In this document: one piece after another, positions 50,290 to 61,147 of the stretch
Numbering within the stretch: the stretch's first letter is position 1
Layout: each line of letters starts with the position of its first letter
Assembly: GCF_001194135.2 (NCBI RefSeq)
Contig: NC_068982.1
Location: forward strand, 35,263,888-35,325,034
Direction: 5' to 3'
DNA length: 61,147 nt
From: Octopus bimaculoides
Taxonomy: Eukaryota
Position numbers and translations under genes: made by a program
The notes under the pieces: model-generated
What the model was told of the DNA's origin: nothing
Seen by the model: only the letters and a program-made list of their open reading frames with translations
Database searches by the model: none

Positions 50290-50900
50290 CGGTCACTAAT
50301 ACAGGCAGGCAACATTGACAGCTAGTTTAAAGTAACCACATTCTAGGAAGCAGGGGCCATGTTGGATAGCTGAACCAAATCGGTGTCTCGATTAGATAAC
50401 TGTGGTGGAGGCTGCAGCGAAAGAATCGTAATTAAGGATAGCAGACTTGGTGCAAGTTAGATGAGGCTAATTAAATCAAGGTATAACTAGAATCGGTATG
50501 TTTGTAAAAGACGGTGATGAAGTAGTTGGGGTGGTGAGTGACGAAGAGTCTTGGGTGATGAAAGAGAGAAAGACTAGGGAAACGGTGAAGACGAGTTCGG
50601 CGAAGAAGTGAAGGAAAATAGGAATGATGTGTTTGAATGTGGTGCGATGGTCAAGGCGGAATTCGGGGGGGGGGGGTAGCTTATCGTTGTTGAAGATAGC
50701 CAACAAAGAGAGATTTAACAGCCATGAGAAAAATGTACGGGGAAGGGTCAAGCAGTAAAGTGTACAAGCGAGGGCCAAGAATTGAAGAGGTGGGAGTCAT
50801 GGTTGGTGCCATGGATGTATGATATGAATGTTGCTACCAAGAATGAGAAGAATTGGTTGAGGAATTTGAAGCTTTGTCTGGTAGGCCAGTTTCATGCGAA
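50290..50900 (-). mobile_element. Penelope-like retroelement RT fragment
   Basis: Minus translation pieces FLMAVKSLF (cf. FTMDVKSLY), AELVFTV and KHTDS..DFN*PHLTCTKSAI (cf. KPTDSHSYLDY.SSHP..CK.AIP). Confidence 0.6.
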
Positions 50901-52971
50901 AACGATAGGGTGATTGGGAGTGTTAGCATTATAAATCTTGTGGAAGAAGTAGATAGTTATACTAATATGATTAATTTAATCGTATTGAGAATAAATAATT
51001 CAGAGACGCCATCCGCATGAAAATCAATAGTTAAGATGCCATTAATACATTTAATGCAGAGAGCATTAAAAAGCTAACTAGATTGTTTATTGGTTGTTGT
51101 AAGAATATAAAACTGTTTAGAGAATGAATAATTTATTCTTATTACTCTCTGCATTAAAGACGTTATTAGAGTAGTCGTTGAACTGGTAGAATCGGAGAAC
51201 AGAGGACATAATAGCTTGTGGTATTAATTCCGGCTCTCTGTACTCTGAGTTTACATCCTACTATATCATCCATGCTGTTGATTGTTTCGAAGTCAATAAA
51301 TAAAGAGCTTGTCCGAGGGTGCGTGTGGATTGACAGAATTGTTAGACAAGCCTTGTGGTATTTGTTCGGACTTTTTTCCTTTCTGAGTTCTTGGGTGGCA
51401 GACTTAATCCGTTGCTCGTTTTAACACTATCACTTGATCCTTGGGTATCTTTATCAGATTTGACTCGATTGCAAACATTTGGAGATATCCTGATGGAAAA
51501 ATAAGTCTCGGAGATCATGATGGAAAAAAGAGCGGGTCATGAGCTCTGTTTTTCCCACCGTGAATTATTTTATTTACTGAATATTTCTAAATTCTTACGT
51601 TAACCAATGTACAACCTTGTACTTAGGGATTGCTTCTTCTCTTCAATTCGTTCCATGAAGACCATGCATCGCTAAACTTATCCTGAGTTATTTCCTTGTT
51701 AGTGCCCCCTGCATACAGTTGTGATATTTTCTGTTTCTAAATTTCTTTAGGAATAAATCCTACAATCAAAAAGCGTTTTAGACGAAATCACTTGCTTTAT
51801 TTTAGGTCGTGATGAATTTAAAATTACATTATCCGGTGTATTCTTTTGGAAGACTGTAGAATATAATTCGTGAGAGATTTTGCTGCTCTCTCTAGCACGT
51901 CGAACGATCACCTAAAAGCCTTTTCACGAAGAAACATGGTAGAGTGGTATGCACTATACTACGAAGCATCAGCAATAAGACATGTGTATCTTATCTGGCT
52001 TCGTACATAGACAATTAAACATACGATACAAGCCTACTTTTGGATAATAGCGACAATTCTAGAAGATTAGTAATGAGTTACATCGGCGTCGAATCAGTAA
52101 AACACACACACTCACGCACACAAACACAAACAGCCATGTAGGGAAGAAATATCTAACATTTCGGTCACCTCACAAGTCTTTATATTTCTCGTCTTGTGCT
52201 GGCTTGTTCCTGGGTGGAGGGCTAGTCATTTATTTTTAGGGTGGTTGTGGGTCTCGTATTAATTTCAATTGATTGCTATTACCCATTCAAACAAGGAGTT
52301 ATTTAAGGCGAAATCTTAACTAGATACAGCTGGTCTATTCGGATTGTTTCGAAGGAATTTGCCGAAATGAAATTTGAAATTGCTGGAATTCGTGCTATTA
52401 AGCAAGCCATGGACAGGGCTCTTAGAAACTGAAACTTATCCGGGAGACAAGAGAAGCGGTTAGGGTGTGGATGGCCTTAAAAGGGTTCTGCCAATATTCT
52501 AAACATAACAGTGAACTGTCTTTCACTCAATCAGCTAGAGAAAGCAGTTAAATTTCCCTGCCGTTTAAAAAAGATAGTGAGCAGGATATATTGAATGTCT
52601 GAAAACAAACCAGCAAACTATTTCATCACCTCTAGAATACTTTTAATGATAAGTGTGCTGAGTCGAAGCTAATTTGGTGTTAATCCTTTGCCTGTTCAAA
52701 GCATTTTCATAAATTTGTCCATGCATCTCGTCTTATAGTCTTAAAAATATAAAGAAACATTGGATGATATTGTTCTGAATACATTGTCTCTGAATAAGAG
52801 GCTTGATGACTAGATCACATTCTATTATAGATTAGTGATTATCCGAGCACAAACAACAATAATCTATCACTGATTAAGATCTATTTCATTAAACAAAGCC
52901 GATGCAGGCACTATTTGGTTGTTGATTATATTTTACAATGAACAGACGGGTAACCCTTTACGTGAAATAAT

Positions 52972-53422
52972 ACCAATTTTGGCACAAGGCCAGCAATTTT
53001 GAGGGGAGGTGGCATGTCGGTTACATCAACCCCAGTACTGAATTGGTACTTATTGTATTGAACGTGAAAGGGCGAAAGGCAAAGCGGACATCAGCGGAAT
53101 TTGAACACGGAACGTAAAGAGCCGGAAGTAATGTTGCTAAGCATTTTGTCCGGCGTGCTAACACTTCTGCCAATTTGCCGCCTTCCTTTACATGAAATAA
53201 CGGTTTCACGTTCTGACACAGGGCCAGCAGCTTTTGAATGGACGACGAAGTCGATATACGTCGACCTCAGTATTTGACTGATACTAATCTTATCGACCTC
53301 GAAAGCATGAAAGGCAAAGTCGGCCTCGCGGGAGAAATTTGAACTCAGAAGGTAATGAGCCAGAAGAAATGCTGCTAAGTATTTTGTCCGGCGTGTTAAC
53401 AATTCTGCCAGCTCGCCGACCT
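52972..53422 (-). mobile_element. Two tandem SINE-A copies (minus)
   Basis: Copies at 52972-53182 and 53205-53422, each ending ..cttacatgaaataa. Confidence 0.8.
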
Positions 53423-53614
53423 TACATGAAATAATAACTCTGACAATCACGAATAATGTAATTCATATTGGGTTTCGTGGATGATTCTAAATACTTTACC
53501 TTATCTAGACTTATTAAAACCTTCTGAGGGAATTTGGTAGACGGAAACAGAAAAAAGCCCATTGTATTATATGCACACACACACACACATACACACACAC
53601 ACACACATACACAC

Positions 53615-53645
<31 letters not shown>

Positions 53646-54874
53646 CATATATACNNNNNNNNNNNNNNNNNNNNNNNNNNNNNNNNNNNNNNNNNNNNNN
53701 NNNNNNNNNNNNNNNNNNNNNNNNNNNNNNNNNNNNNNNNNNNNNNNNNNNNNNNNNNNNNNNNNNNNNNNNNNNNNNNNNNNNNNNNNNNNNNNNNNNN
53801 NNNNNNNNNNNNNNNNNNNNNNNNNNNNNNNNNNNNNNNNNNNNNNNNNNNNNNNNNNNNNNNNNNNNNNNNNNNNNNNNNNNNNNNNNNNNNNNNNNNN
53901 NNNNNNNNNNNNNNNNNNNNNNNNNNNNNNNNNNNNNNNNNNNNNNNNNNNNNNNNNNNNNNNNNNNNNNNNNNNNNNNNNNNNNNNNNNNNNNNNNNNN
54001 NNNNNNNNNNNNNNNNNNNNNNNNNNNNNNNNNNNNNNNNNNNNNNNNNNNNNNNNNNNNNNNNNNNNNNNNNNNNNNNNNNNNNNNNNNNNNNNNNNNN
54101 NNNNNNNNNNNNNNNNNNNNNNNNNNNNNNNNNNNNNNNNNNNNNNNNNNNNNNNNNNNNNNNNNTATATATATATATATATTACTTGTTTGTCATTTGA
54201 CTGTGGCCATGCTGGGGTACGGCTACAGCCTTGAAGAATTTTAGTCGAACGAATTGACCCCAGTACATTTATATTTTTACTGGTACTTATTTTATCGGTC
54301 TCTTCGCAGAACCATTAAGTTAAGGGGACGAAAACACACCAACACCGGTTGTCAAGAGGTAGTGGGGGACAAACACAGACGCGCGTTTAGATATATGGCC
54401 CGGCACGAGGTACAGACAAAGGCAGCGGAATCAAACTCCTTCATGCACCAAATGGGCTAAAAGCTGGGACAAAGGCACATACAGGAGTGGTGATGTGAAA
54501 TCAACCGAAGGATAATCATACGTAACTGTGCAAAACAAGGGTGGTGCTCCAGCATAACCGCAACCGCATGGTTGAAACAAATAAAAGAATAAAAGAACAT
54601 ATATATACGACGAGCTTCTTTCGCTTTCCGTCTATTAAATCCACTCACAAGGCCAGCGTCGAGGCTATAGTAAAAGACACTAGCCCAAAGTGCCATGCTG
54701 TGGGACTGAACCCGGAACCATATGGCTCGGAAGCAAACTTCTTACCACACAGGAATATATTGATAGATTGTTGTTTGTCCTCAGGCAATCACTAATCTAT
54801 AATGAAATGTGTTGTCCTCATCACGAACACGCTTCTAATTCAGAGACAATGTGTCTTGGACAATATCATCTAAT

Positions 54875-54918
<44 letters not shown>

Positions 54919-56099
54919 GCACACACTCCTTTACATGGTTGGGTCATTGAACTACAGCCATTCTGGAGTATAGTCTTGTAATGTACCGAACGAGTCAACC
55001 CCACTACTAATTCTTGAACCGTTAATTTGCTGGGATCGAAATAAACCAACACTAGTTATAAAGTGTGTGTTTTCCAGACAGTTTCCTCTATTAAATTCAT
55101 TTACCAAGTATTAGTCGGCCCACAAATATTGTAGAAGACACTTGCTAAAGGTGTCTAGCAGGGGAACTGAGCCTGAAACCACGTTGTTGCAAATTTAACC
55201 GAGAGCCATGCAAATGCCTATATACATGTGTGTGTATGTCTCCACTACATGCAACACAAGCAGTATTAAATAAATAAAAAAATACCGACCTGTGTATAAT
55301 ATTGCTTCTAGTCATGCGACTGGTTGTGAAGACACGTTGCTGACAAAGTGCAAAGAAACAGAAATGCATGTATCAATCTCAGCGGCCGCTGCAATGATAA
55401 ATTTCGTCTGCGTCCCATATATTTTGTCTTTTCAAACACAGCATGCCCATATGAGATATTATCTCAGTAAGAGTGCCACAGTAAATTAGCCTTGCATGAT
55501 GTATTAACATTACGTATGACACACAAGTGGTTTTATATATTTGTGTGTATGCGTCCGTGCGTGTGCGTGTGTGTACAGATATATTGTTGTATATCGTTGA
55601 ATGAGGTGCCTAGTGAAAATTTAATATAAATACTGAAAAATAGCTATATTTCTATAAATAAAGTAAATTGCCTGAAATATTACAGCCTTATTTTATATTT
55701 TCATACTGAATATGAATTTTTATCATCTTCATAACATCAAGCTGCAAATGTGCGTCACATTACATCAGAGTCAGGAAACTAGAGCGTGGAGTGTACTTAA
55801 GTCGTTTCAAAAAATTAAGGAATTTAGTTTATAACAGACTTTTGAAGTGGCAGAAATTGAAACGCTTTGTTAATTAACCTTTCAAATTAATTGGGCTTCT
55901 TTTCCCCTTTCTTTTATTACATCATTTGTGAATTTAAAAATCATCAACTCTTTAGAGAAATAGCTAGAGAAATAATTTTTTTTTTCATTTTAATAAATTT
56001 GATTTTGTTATTTTTTTATGTTTTTCATATTCTTTTGTAATTGCGTACAGGAGAAAAACAAAATGACATCGGGAGACAATGAGTGATCCTGTATATGTT

Positions 56100-56412
56100 C
56101 AATCAATCAGCTAGAAATAGCAGTTAAACTTCTCTGATATAAAAACCCTCTCCTTTAAAAAAGATAGTGGATACGATATATAGAATATTCTAGTCTTAGA
56201 CACACTATAAAGACAAATCAACAACCTATTCTGTCGACTCTAAAATACTTTTGATAATAGGCGTTCTGAGTCAAAGCTAATTTTATGTTAAATCTTTGCC
56301 TGACCGAAGCACATTCGTAAGTTTGTACATGCATATTTTCAGACTTTTAATTAGCCCTTGTCTCATACGTTCTGAGTAAGATAAAGCTTTCCTTTCATAA
56401 GTCCCAAGTTGC
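56100..56412 (+). repeat. Unclassified dispersed repeat family D (gctagaaatagcag(c/t)(c/t)aaa motif)
   Basis: Aligns with 52530-52890. Degenerate members at ~9130-9330, 11140-11270(-), 11670-11890, 14860-15060(-), 33060-33200, 39650-39960(-) and 51800-51930(-). Confidence 0.6.
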
Positions 56413-57061
56413 TCTGGTGCATGGCTCAGTGATTAGAGCGTCGGGATCACAATCATGAGATAGTGAGTTCGATTCCCGGACCGGGCTTTGTGTTGTGTTC
56501 CTGAGCAAGGCACTTTATTTCACGTTCCTTCAGTTCACGCAGCCGCAGAAATGAGTTGCGACGTCACTGGTGCCAAACTGTATCGGCCTTTGCCCTTACC
56601 TTGGATAACATCGGTGGCGTGGTGATGGGAGGCTGGAATGCATGAGCAACTGTTGGTCTTTCATAAACAACTTTGCCCGGACATGCTTCAGAGGGTAACT
56701 TTCTAAGTGCAATTCCATGGTCATTCATGACAGAAGAGGGTTTTATGTCTTTACCTGCTCTGATGGTTGAAAAAAGAATTGTTAATGTGTATCATATGAT
56801 GCATGGACATCAGAGAAATATGCCTTGTGATTCTTTTTTTTTAAATTTTATTTTAATACACAGGACAGGCAAAGGGTTGAATTATAAGCAACGGCATCAA
56901 CAAATTTGTATTTGAAAATTACGAATGAACAAAAATCACAAGTCTATAATGAAGCATCATCACAAAATCCAGTCCTTGTTCCGATGTGATGACCCTCAGA
57001 GTTATGTGATGGAAACCAAAGCTCCATGCTGGACAGTCAAAGAATAGACGCCAGGCTAAAA

Positions 57062-57277
57062 TAGTTTCAAATGTTGGCACCAGGATAGTAAGTTTTGAGG
57101 AAAGGGTAAGTCAATTACCTCGACCTCAGTATTTAATTGGTATTTATTTTATCAACCCCTGAAAGGATGAAAGGCAAAGTTGACCTAAGCAGAATTTGAA
57201 CTTAGAACATAAAGACAGATGAAATACCGCTAAGCATTTTACCTGGCGTGCTAACGATTCTGCCAGTTCGTCGCCTT
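57062..57277 (-). mobile_element. SINE-A
   Basis: gaaaggatgaaaggcaaagttgacc..ctaacgattctgccagttcgtcgcc. Confidence 0.85.
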
Positions 57278-57469
57278 TAGACGGTATGGATCACCTCTTC
57301 ACTGGGGGTAAAGATGAATTTGCATAGGGTGGACCAGCATCCCTACCAAGGAAAAAAGTAAAGTTACAGAAGTATCGATGACAGTTCAAAATCGTGTGTA
57401 ACCTATGCAATCGCATCGATAAAAAAAAATAATTTTTTTAACCACTTCAAAAATGTTGGGTCCGCAAAT

Positions 57470-59055
57470 CAGGGAGACGAGTGGGAAACTCCCCTCCTAA
57501 TTTTGGGAAAACTTCGGAAAAAGCAAGAAAATCATCAGCAAAAATATTTTTTAAATGTACATTTTTTTAAATGATCCAGGCTAGTGGTTAACCGAAATTC
57601 TCGATAAACAACTTTCTTAAATGCTCCCCTACAATTTGGTTTATTTATTTAGTTTTGAAGAATAAAGGAATTAACCAACACTCTTCTACGAGTTAACTTC
57701 GTTGTTATATTCTGGTCTTATTTTCGTTCATTACAGAAAATCTTCAAATTGATAAAACCTGGAACTTACCATTCGTTTCACATTTCTTTCATATGGTAAT
57801 GTTTGTTCGAGAATGGCAAACCGAACACTCTCGCTCTGAAACCTGTTTACATTAAAGGCGATCAGTGAATGCTATGCTGGTCACTCCACCCAATAAATGT
57901 ATTATTTTCGACGACGGACATCACATTTAAATTTAGTTTACTAAATGTCGATATGGAAAAAGTACACATACGGTTTTATTGTCACTGCATTAAATGTACA
58001 GAAAGCGGCAAACAAAGAGAATCTGTTAACAAGTAAAGCACTTTATTTTTATATCGGTGCCCCCAAAAGTGTAACAGATGCTGAGTGATTTTTTTAAATG
58101 CATTCAACGCCAAATCTTTCAAATTAAAAATAAAGGCTGTATATATAAGACAAAAGTTATATATTTATAACTATGCAATCTCCCGAATTATTACCAAGAA
58201 CGGTCTTGTTAAATGCGATGCCCAAAATACTGCAAAAAGGGGGGGGGGGAGAAAAAGAAAAATCTTTCTTGTTTAACAGACTTTGACTTCTCAAATTTCT
58301 GAGAAAAGTCGAAGTAACGAAAATTACGATGCCAAGCGAGAATATAACTTATGAATTTCCACTATCTCCGCAACCTCGGCACAGCAATATCACTGAAGTG
58401 GTCCGAATCAGCTAATTTTGACACACTATAAGCCAAAGGAATTTGATAAGAAGTGGTATTGTTGAAAGATTCCAAAAGTGAATGACTTAAACTTTATCGT
58501 TAGTTTACTGTGATGTTGTAAAATATCAAATATCAAGTTTCATGTTACCCTTTTAAAGTTTTCGTGCATAGTGTCACTTTTACTTTTGAAAACTGGAAAA
58601 GGATAAACTGACTCAAAGTATATGAAAAGTGCAAGACATGATAAACTGAAAAGATTATCGAGCGAACGCAAAGTACAAAACTTCGGTGTTAGATCAATTA
58701 AACATTATATACAAGTAACAACTAAGTACTGAACCGAGAGTATTTGAAAACTATTGTTCACTGGTCAGCAAAATATACTTCGAAGACGTTATGCACAGTA
58801 ACTTAAGAGTTCCCGATATTAACTATAGTATTTTCATAGAGCTTCTACATCTTTGGCTGGAGTATATGCTTCTGTTATGATAAAAACTGAAAGTCAGATA
58901 GGTGCACATATACAGTGGACCTCCGCTATAATCCAAAACGAAATTTTTGGTCTCATGGCCAAAGTTGTTATAGGCAACATAGCAAATGATGTGAAAGACT
59001 ATTCAGTATATTCCATTATTGTTGATGAAATATGAGATGTTAGCAAATATCTTAA
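57470..59055 (+). mobile_element. hAT (Tip100/ZMYM1-like, DUF4371) transposase remnant
   Basis: ORF 58853-59035 WTSAIIQNEIFGLMAKVVIGNIANDVKDYSVYSIIVDEI*DVSK (cf. YTS..IQNEII..FSII.DET.DVSK). Upstream GPNQ..KKW..FENWK TTF-finger-like words. Probable left end cagggagacgagtggg at 57470. Confidence 0.75.
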
Positions 59056-59083
59056 ATTCACCACTGGTTCGTGTTGTTATTAC

Positions 59084-59710
59084 TGCGGCGAGCTAGCAGA
59101 ATCGTTAGCGCGCCGTTAGCAGCATTTCGTCCGTCAATACGTTCTGAGTTCAAATTCCGTCGAGTTCGACTTTGCCTTTCATCTTTTTGTGATCGATAAA
59201 ATAAGTACTACTTGGACACTGGGGTCGATGTAATCGACTCATCCCCACCTCCCCCAAACTGCCCTTGTGGCAAACATTTGAAATAATAATAATAATAATA
59301 ATAATTATTATTATTATTATTATTATTATCATTATTATTACGGCGGCGAATTAGCAGAATCGTTAGTGTGCCGTTAGCGGCACTTCGTCCGTCGCTACGT
59401 TCTGAGTTCAAATTCTGTCGAAGTCGACTTTGCCTTTTATCCGTTCGGTGTCGATAAAATAAGTACCATTTGGACACTGCTGACTTTGTGCCAAAATTTG
59501 AAACGGAAGGTGGTGAGCTGGCAGAATCGTCAGCGCGCCGAGCATTTCGTCCGTCTTTACGCTCTGAGTTCAAATTCCGCTGAGGTCGACTTTGCCTTTC
59601 ATCTTTTCGATGTCAATAAAATAAGTGCCAGTTGAATACTGAGGTCGATGTAATAGATTTATCTCCCCCCCCCCCCCCGAAATTGCTGGCCTTGTGTCAA
59701 AATTTGAAAT
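59084..59710 (+). mobile_element. Head-to-tail array of three SINE-A copies
   Basis: Copies at 59084-59283, 59340-59497 and 59508-59710. Confidence 0.85.
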
Positions 59711-61147
59711 AATAATAACTTTTTTTCTTCTTCTTGTATTTTATGTAACGTCTTCTAATGATTGAAGCATTAGCTGTAAGTTAATGAAAAAAATGTAGTT
59801 GAGAAAATTGAGCTGAAACATGTCAACATTTTTGAAGAATGTTTTGATAATGTAACAAATATAAGCGGTGATCACAGACTCAACAACACGAATAGATAAA
59901 TAACAATTCGCTTACCATCAGTGTCCATTGTATAGGCACCCACTGAATCTTGCTGCTTTAGAACTATTCAGAGTCTCTGCTAATTTCGATAACCAGTTCC
60001 AAACGACGTGCAATCTTTAAAAAACATCACAGTCAATGAAGAACAAATCTCACACAAAACTTAAATCTCAAAACCTAACAATGTATCTCTGATTTAGATT
60101 TGCTCGATTATAATTGATCTGGGATAAAACAATAGCATAAATGTTAGTACCAAGTGATTCTGATACTTATAGCTAATAATGGAGGGCGTTTGGGGTGTAA
60201 TGGTCATTACCCAGTGCTGAATTAAACCAGTACTATATATTGCTGACCACATGCTAAATGCTTTATTGCAATAGTATTATACTGTCTGAACGACTAAATT
60301 TTCTAAGGTTGATCCAATACTTGGAATATATCCAAGATACAATACACCTTAACTGAGACAGATTGAAAGGCAACGGTAAGCAGATTTACTTCATATACGC
60401 CGAACGATAATTAATATATTCGTCATTTTGTTCCCCCTTTTCGATTTATTAAGCGTGTTATACAATAATTGAGCTTCATTGTTATTCTTCTCATAAACTG
60501 GTTGAACAAATCATTATTAGTAATATATGGCAATGCTAATTATCGATACTCTATATCACCCTTATTGTGTCCAATCCCATCTCCAGCTCCTGCACTAATC
60601 ACTTTCCTCAGTTCTTCCTTCCCACTCTACTCATATCTATCCCGCAGGTACAAAGGTTAAAGAGGAACATTAGTGGCATCAATATCACCGGTCTTTGGTG
60701 GGCTTGTGTAGGTCATGAACACACTCATTTCTTCTATTAATATGTTAACTGAAATCCGTATTCGTATTTTCCTATTATCGACAGCCATATCTACTCTTAT
60801 AAAAGGATTAGTAAATAAACTATTACACTCCTGAGTCGGACTAAAAGGATAGCTATTGTTAACTCAAGGAGAAAAGTACTAGTAAATGTTTATTGAGAAA
60901 CGGTACGGAATTAGAGGACAAAAAGGTAAAAAAAATTAAATGTCTTGGACAATTTTTCAACAATCCCAATTTCAAATTCGTTTCTTCTATATTTAGTGGA
61001 AAAGCACTCTTTACGTTAGCAGATGGTACAATCTGATTATTTGTACCGATGTTAGAAATCACACAAAGGTATTGCAAACCTAAAAACCTTGATTGTGTAG
61101 TTTTCAAATTCTCAAAAACACTCAAGTTTTAGATTGATGCATATATA
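59710..61147 (-). pseudogene. Decayed LRR + family-B/adhesion-like 7TM GPCR pseudogene (copy B), 5' end beyond the window
   Basis: ORF 60859-61125 has LRR signatures (FLGLQYLCVISN fits LxxLxLxxN; NIEETNLKLGLLKNCP; FTFLSSNSV). Downstream: TM1/ICL1 NLLTVAFQSVSV..IFQVLDQP*KI (60386-60297, cf. L..PGK), TM3 NALHY*L*VSESLGTNIYAIVL (60190-60125, cf. LHYFWL.SF.W.NI.A), ECL2 GTGYRN*QRL*I (60000-59965, cf. GYG...CWI), TM7 NFLNYIFFINLQ (59809-59774, cf. YIF.I.NSLQG). Confidence 0.55.

Larger units (their letters stand above)
48835..51830 (-). pseudogene. Possible LRR-7TM GPCR remnant (copy F), broken by a mariner MITE, Penelope and SINEs
   Basis: TM4-ECL2-TM5-like FIYLSFAAHIPLVVPIPTVRCRPEFRKCLEF..FLTLIFDPI (~49000-48835). 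LRR-like WNELKRRSNP and KNLEIFSK*NN..PALF (~51680-51470). Weak. Confidence 0.22.

Noticed and set aside
4307-54244. Long ORFs spanning N runs (e.g. 4307-4936, 6166-7053, 8068-8796, 42235-43146, 47883-48641, 53534-54244)
   Set aside because: They are open only because N codons contain no stops, so they are gap artefacts.
3630-59573. ORFs with poly-HT/CV, YI, Y, I, N or L tracts
   Set aside because: These are translations of (CA)n, (TA)n and (TAA)n microsatellites.
59710-61147. Assignment of the LRR-7TM remnants to class A LGR/GRL101 receptors or to Toll-like receptors
   Set aside because: No rhodopsin-type GN, DR..I..P or NP.LY motifs and no TIR motifs were found. The readable motifs (P.K after TM1, LHY in TM3, YG..CW, N.LQ) fit family-B/Mth-like better, though this remains unconfirmed.

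Overview
AT-rich, repeat-dense animal DNA with scaffold N-gaps flanked by (TA)n/(CA)n microsatellites. The tRNA-derived SINE families resemble those I recall from octopus/cephalopod genomes (inference, not a database result). I find no intact protein-coding gene, rRNA, tRNA or CRISPR array, and most ORF-track entries are gap or microsatellite artefacts. The window holds about 45 SINE copies of three main families. It also holds fragments of R4/Dong-, Hero-, RTE- and L1/Tx1-like LINEs and a Penelope RT; Tc1, DD37D/maT, mariner-MITE, Tigger/pogo, hAT and piggyBac-like DNA transposons; and an internally deleted Helitron (Rep-N + Pif1 helicase) with an intact 3' terminus. The most interesting signal lies between the repeats. 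Stitched minus-strand translations repeatedly give leucine-rich-repeat motifs followed by family-B/adhesion(Methuselah)-like 7TM motifs in TM1-to-TM7 order, at up to six places. This suggests a tandem cluster of decayed, apparently intronless LRR-7TM GPCR pseudogenes. The calls come from manual translation across stops and frameshifts and need frameshift-aware HMM confirmation.
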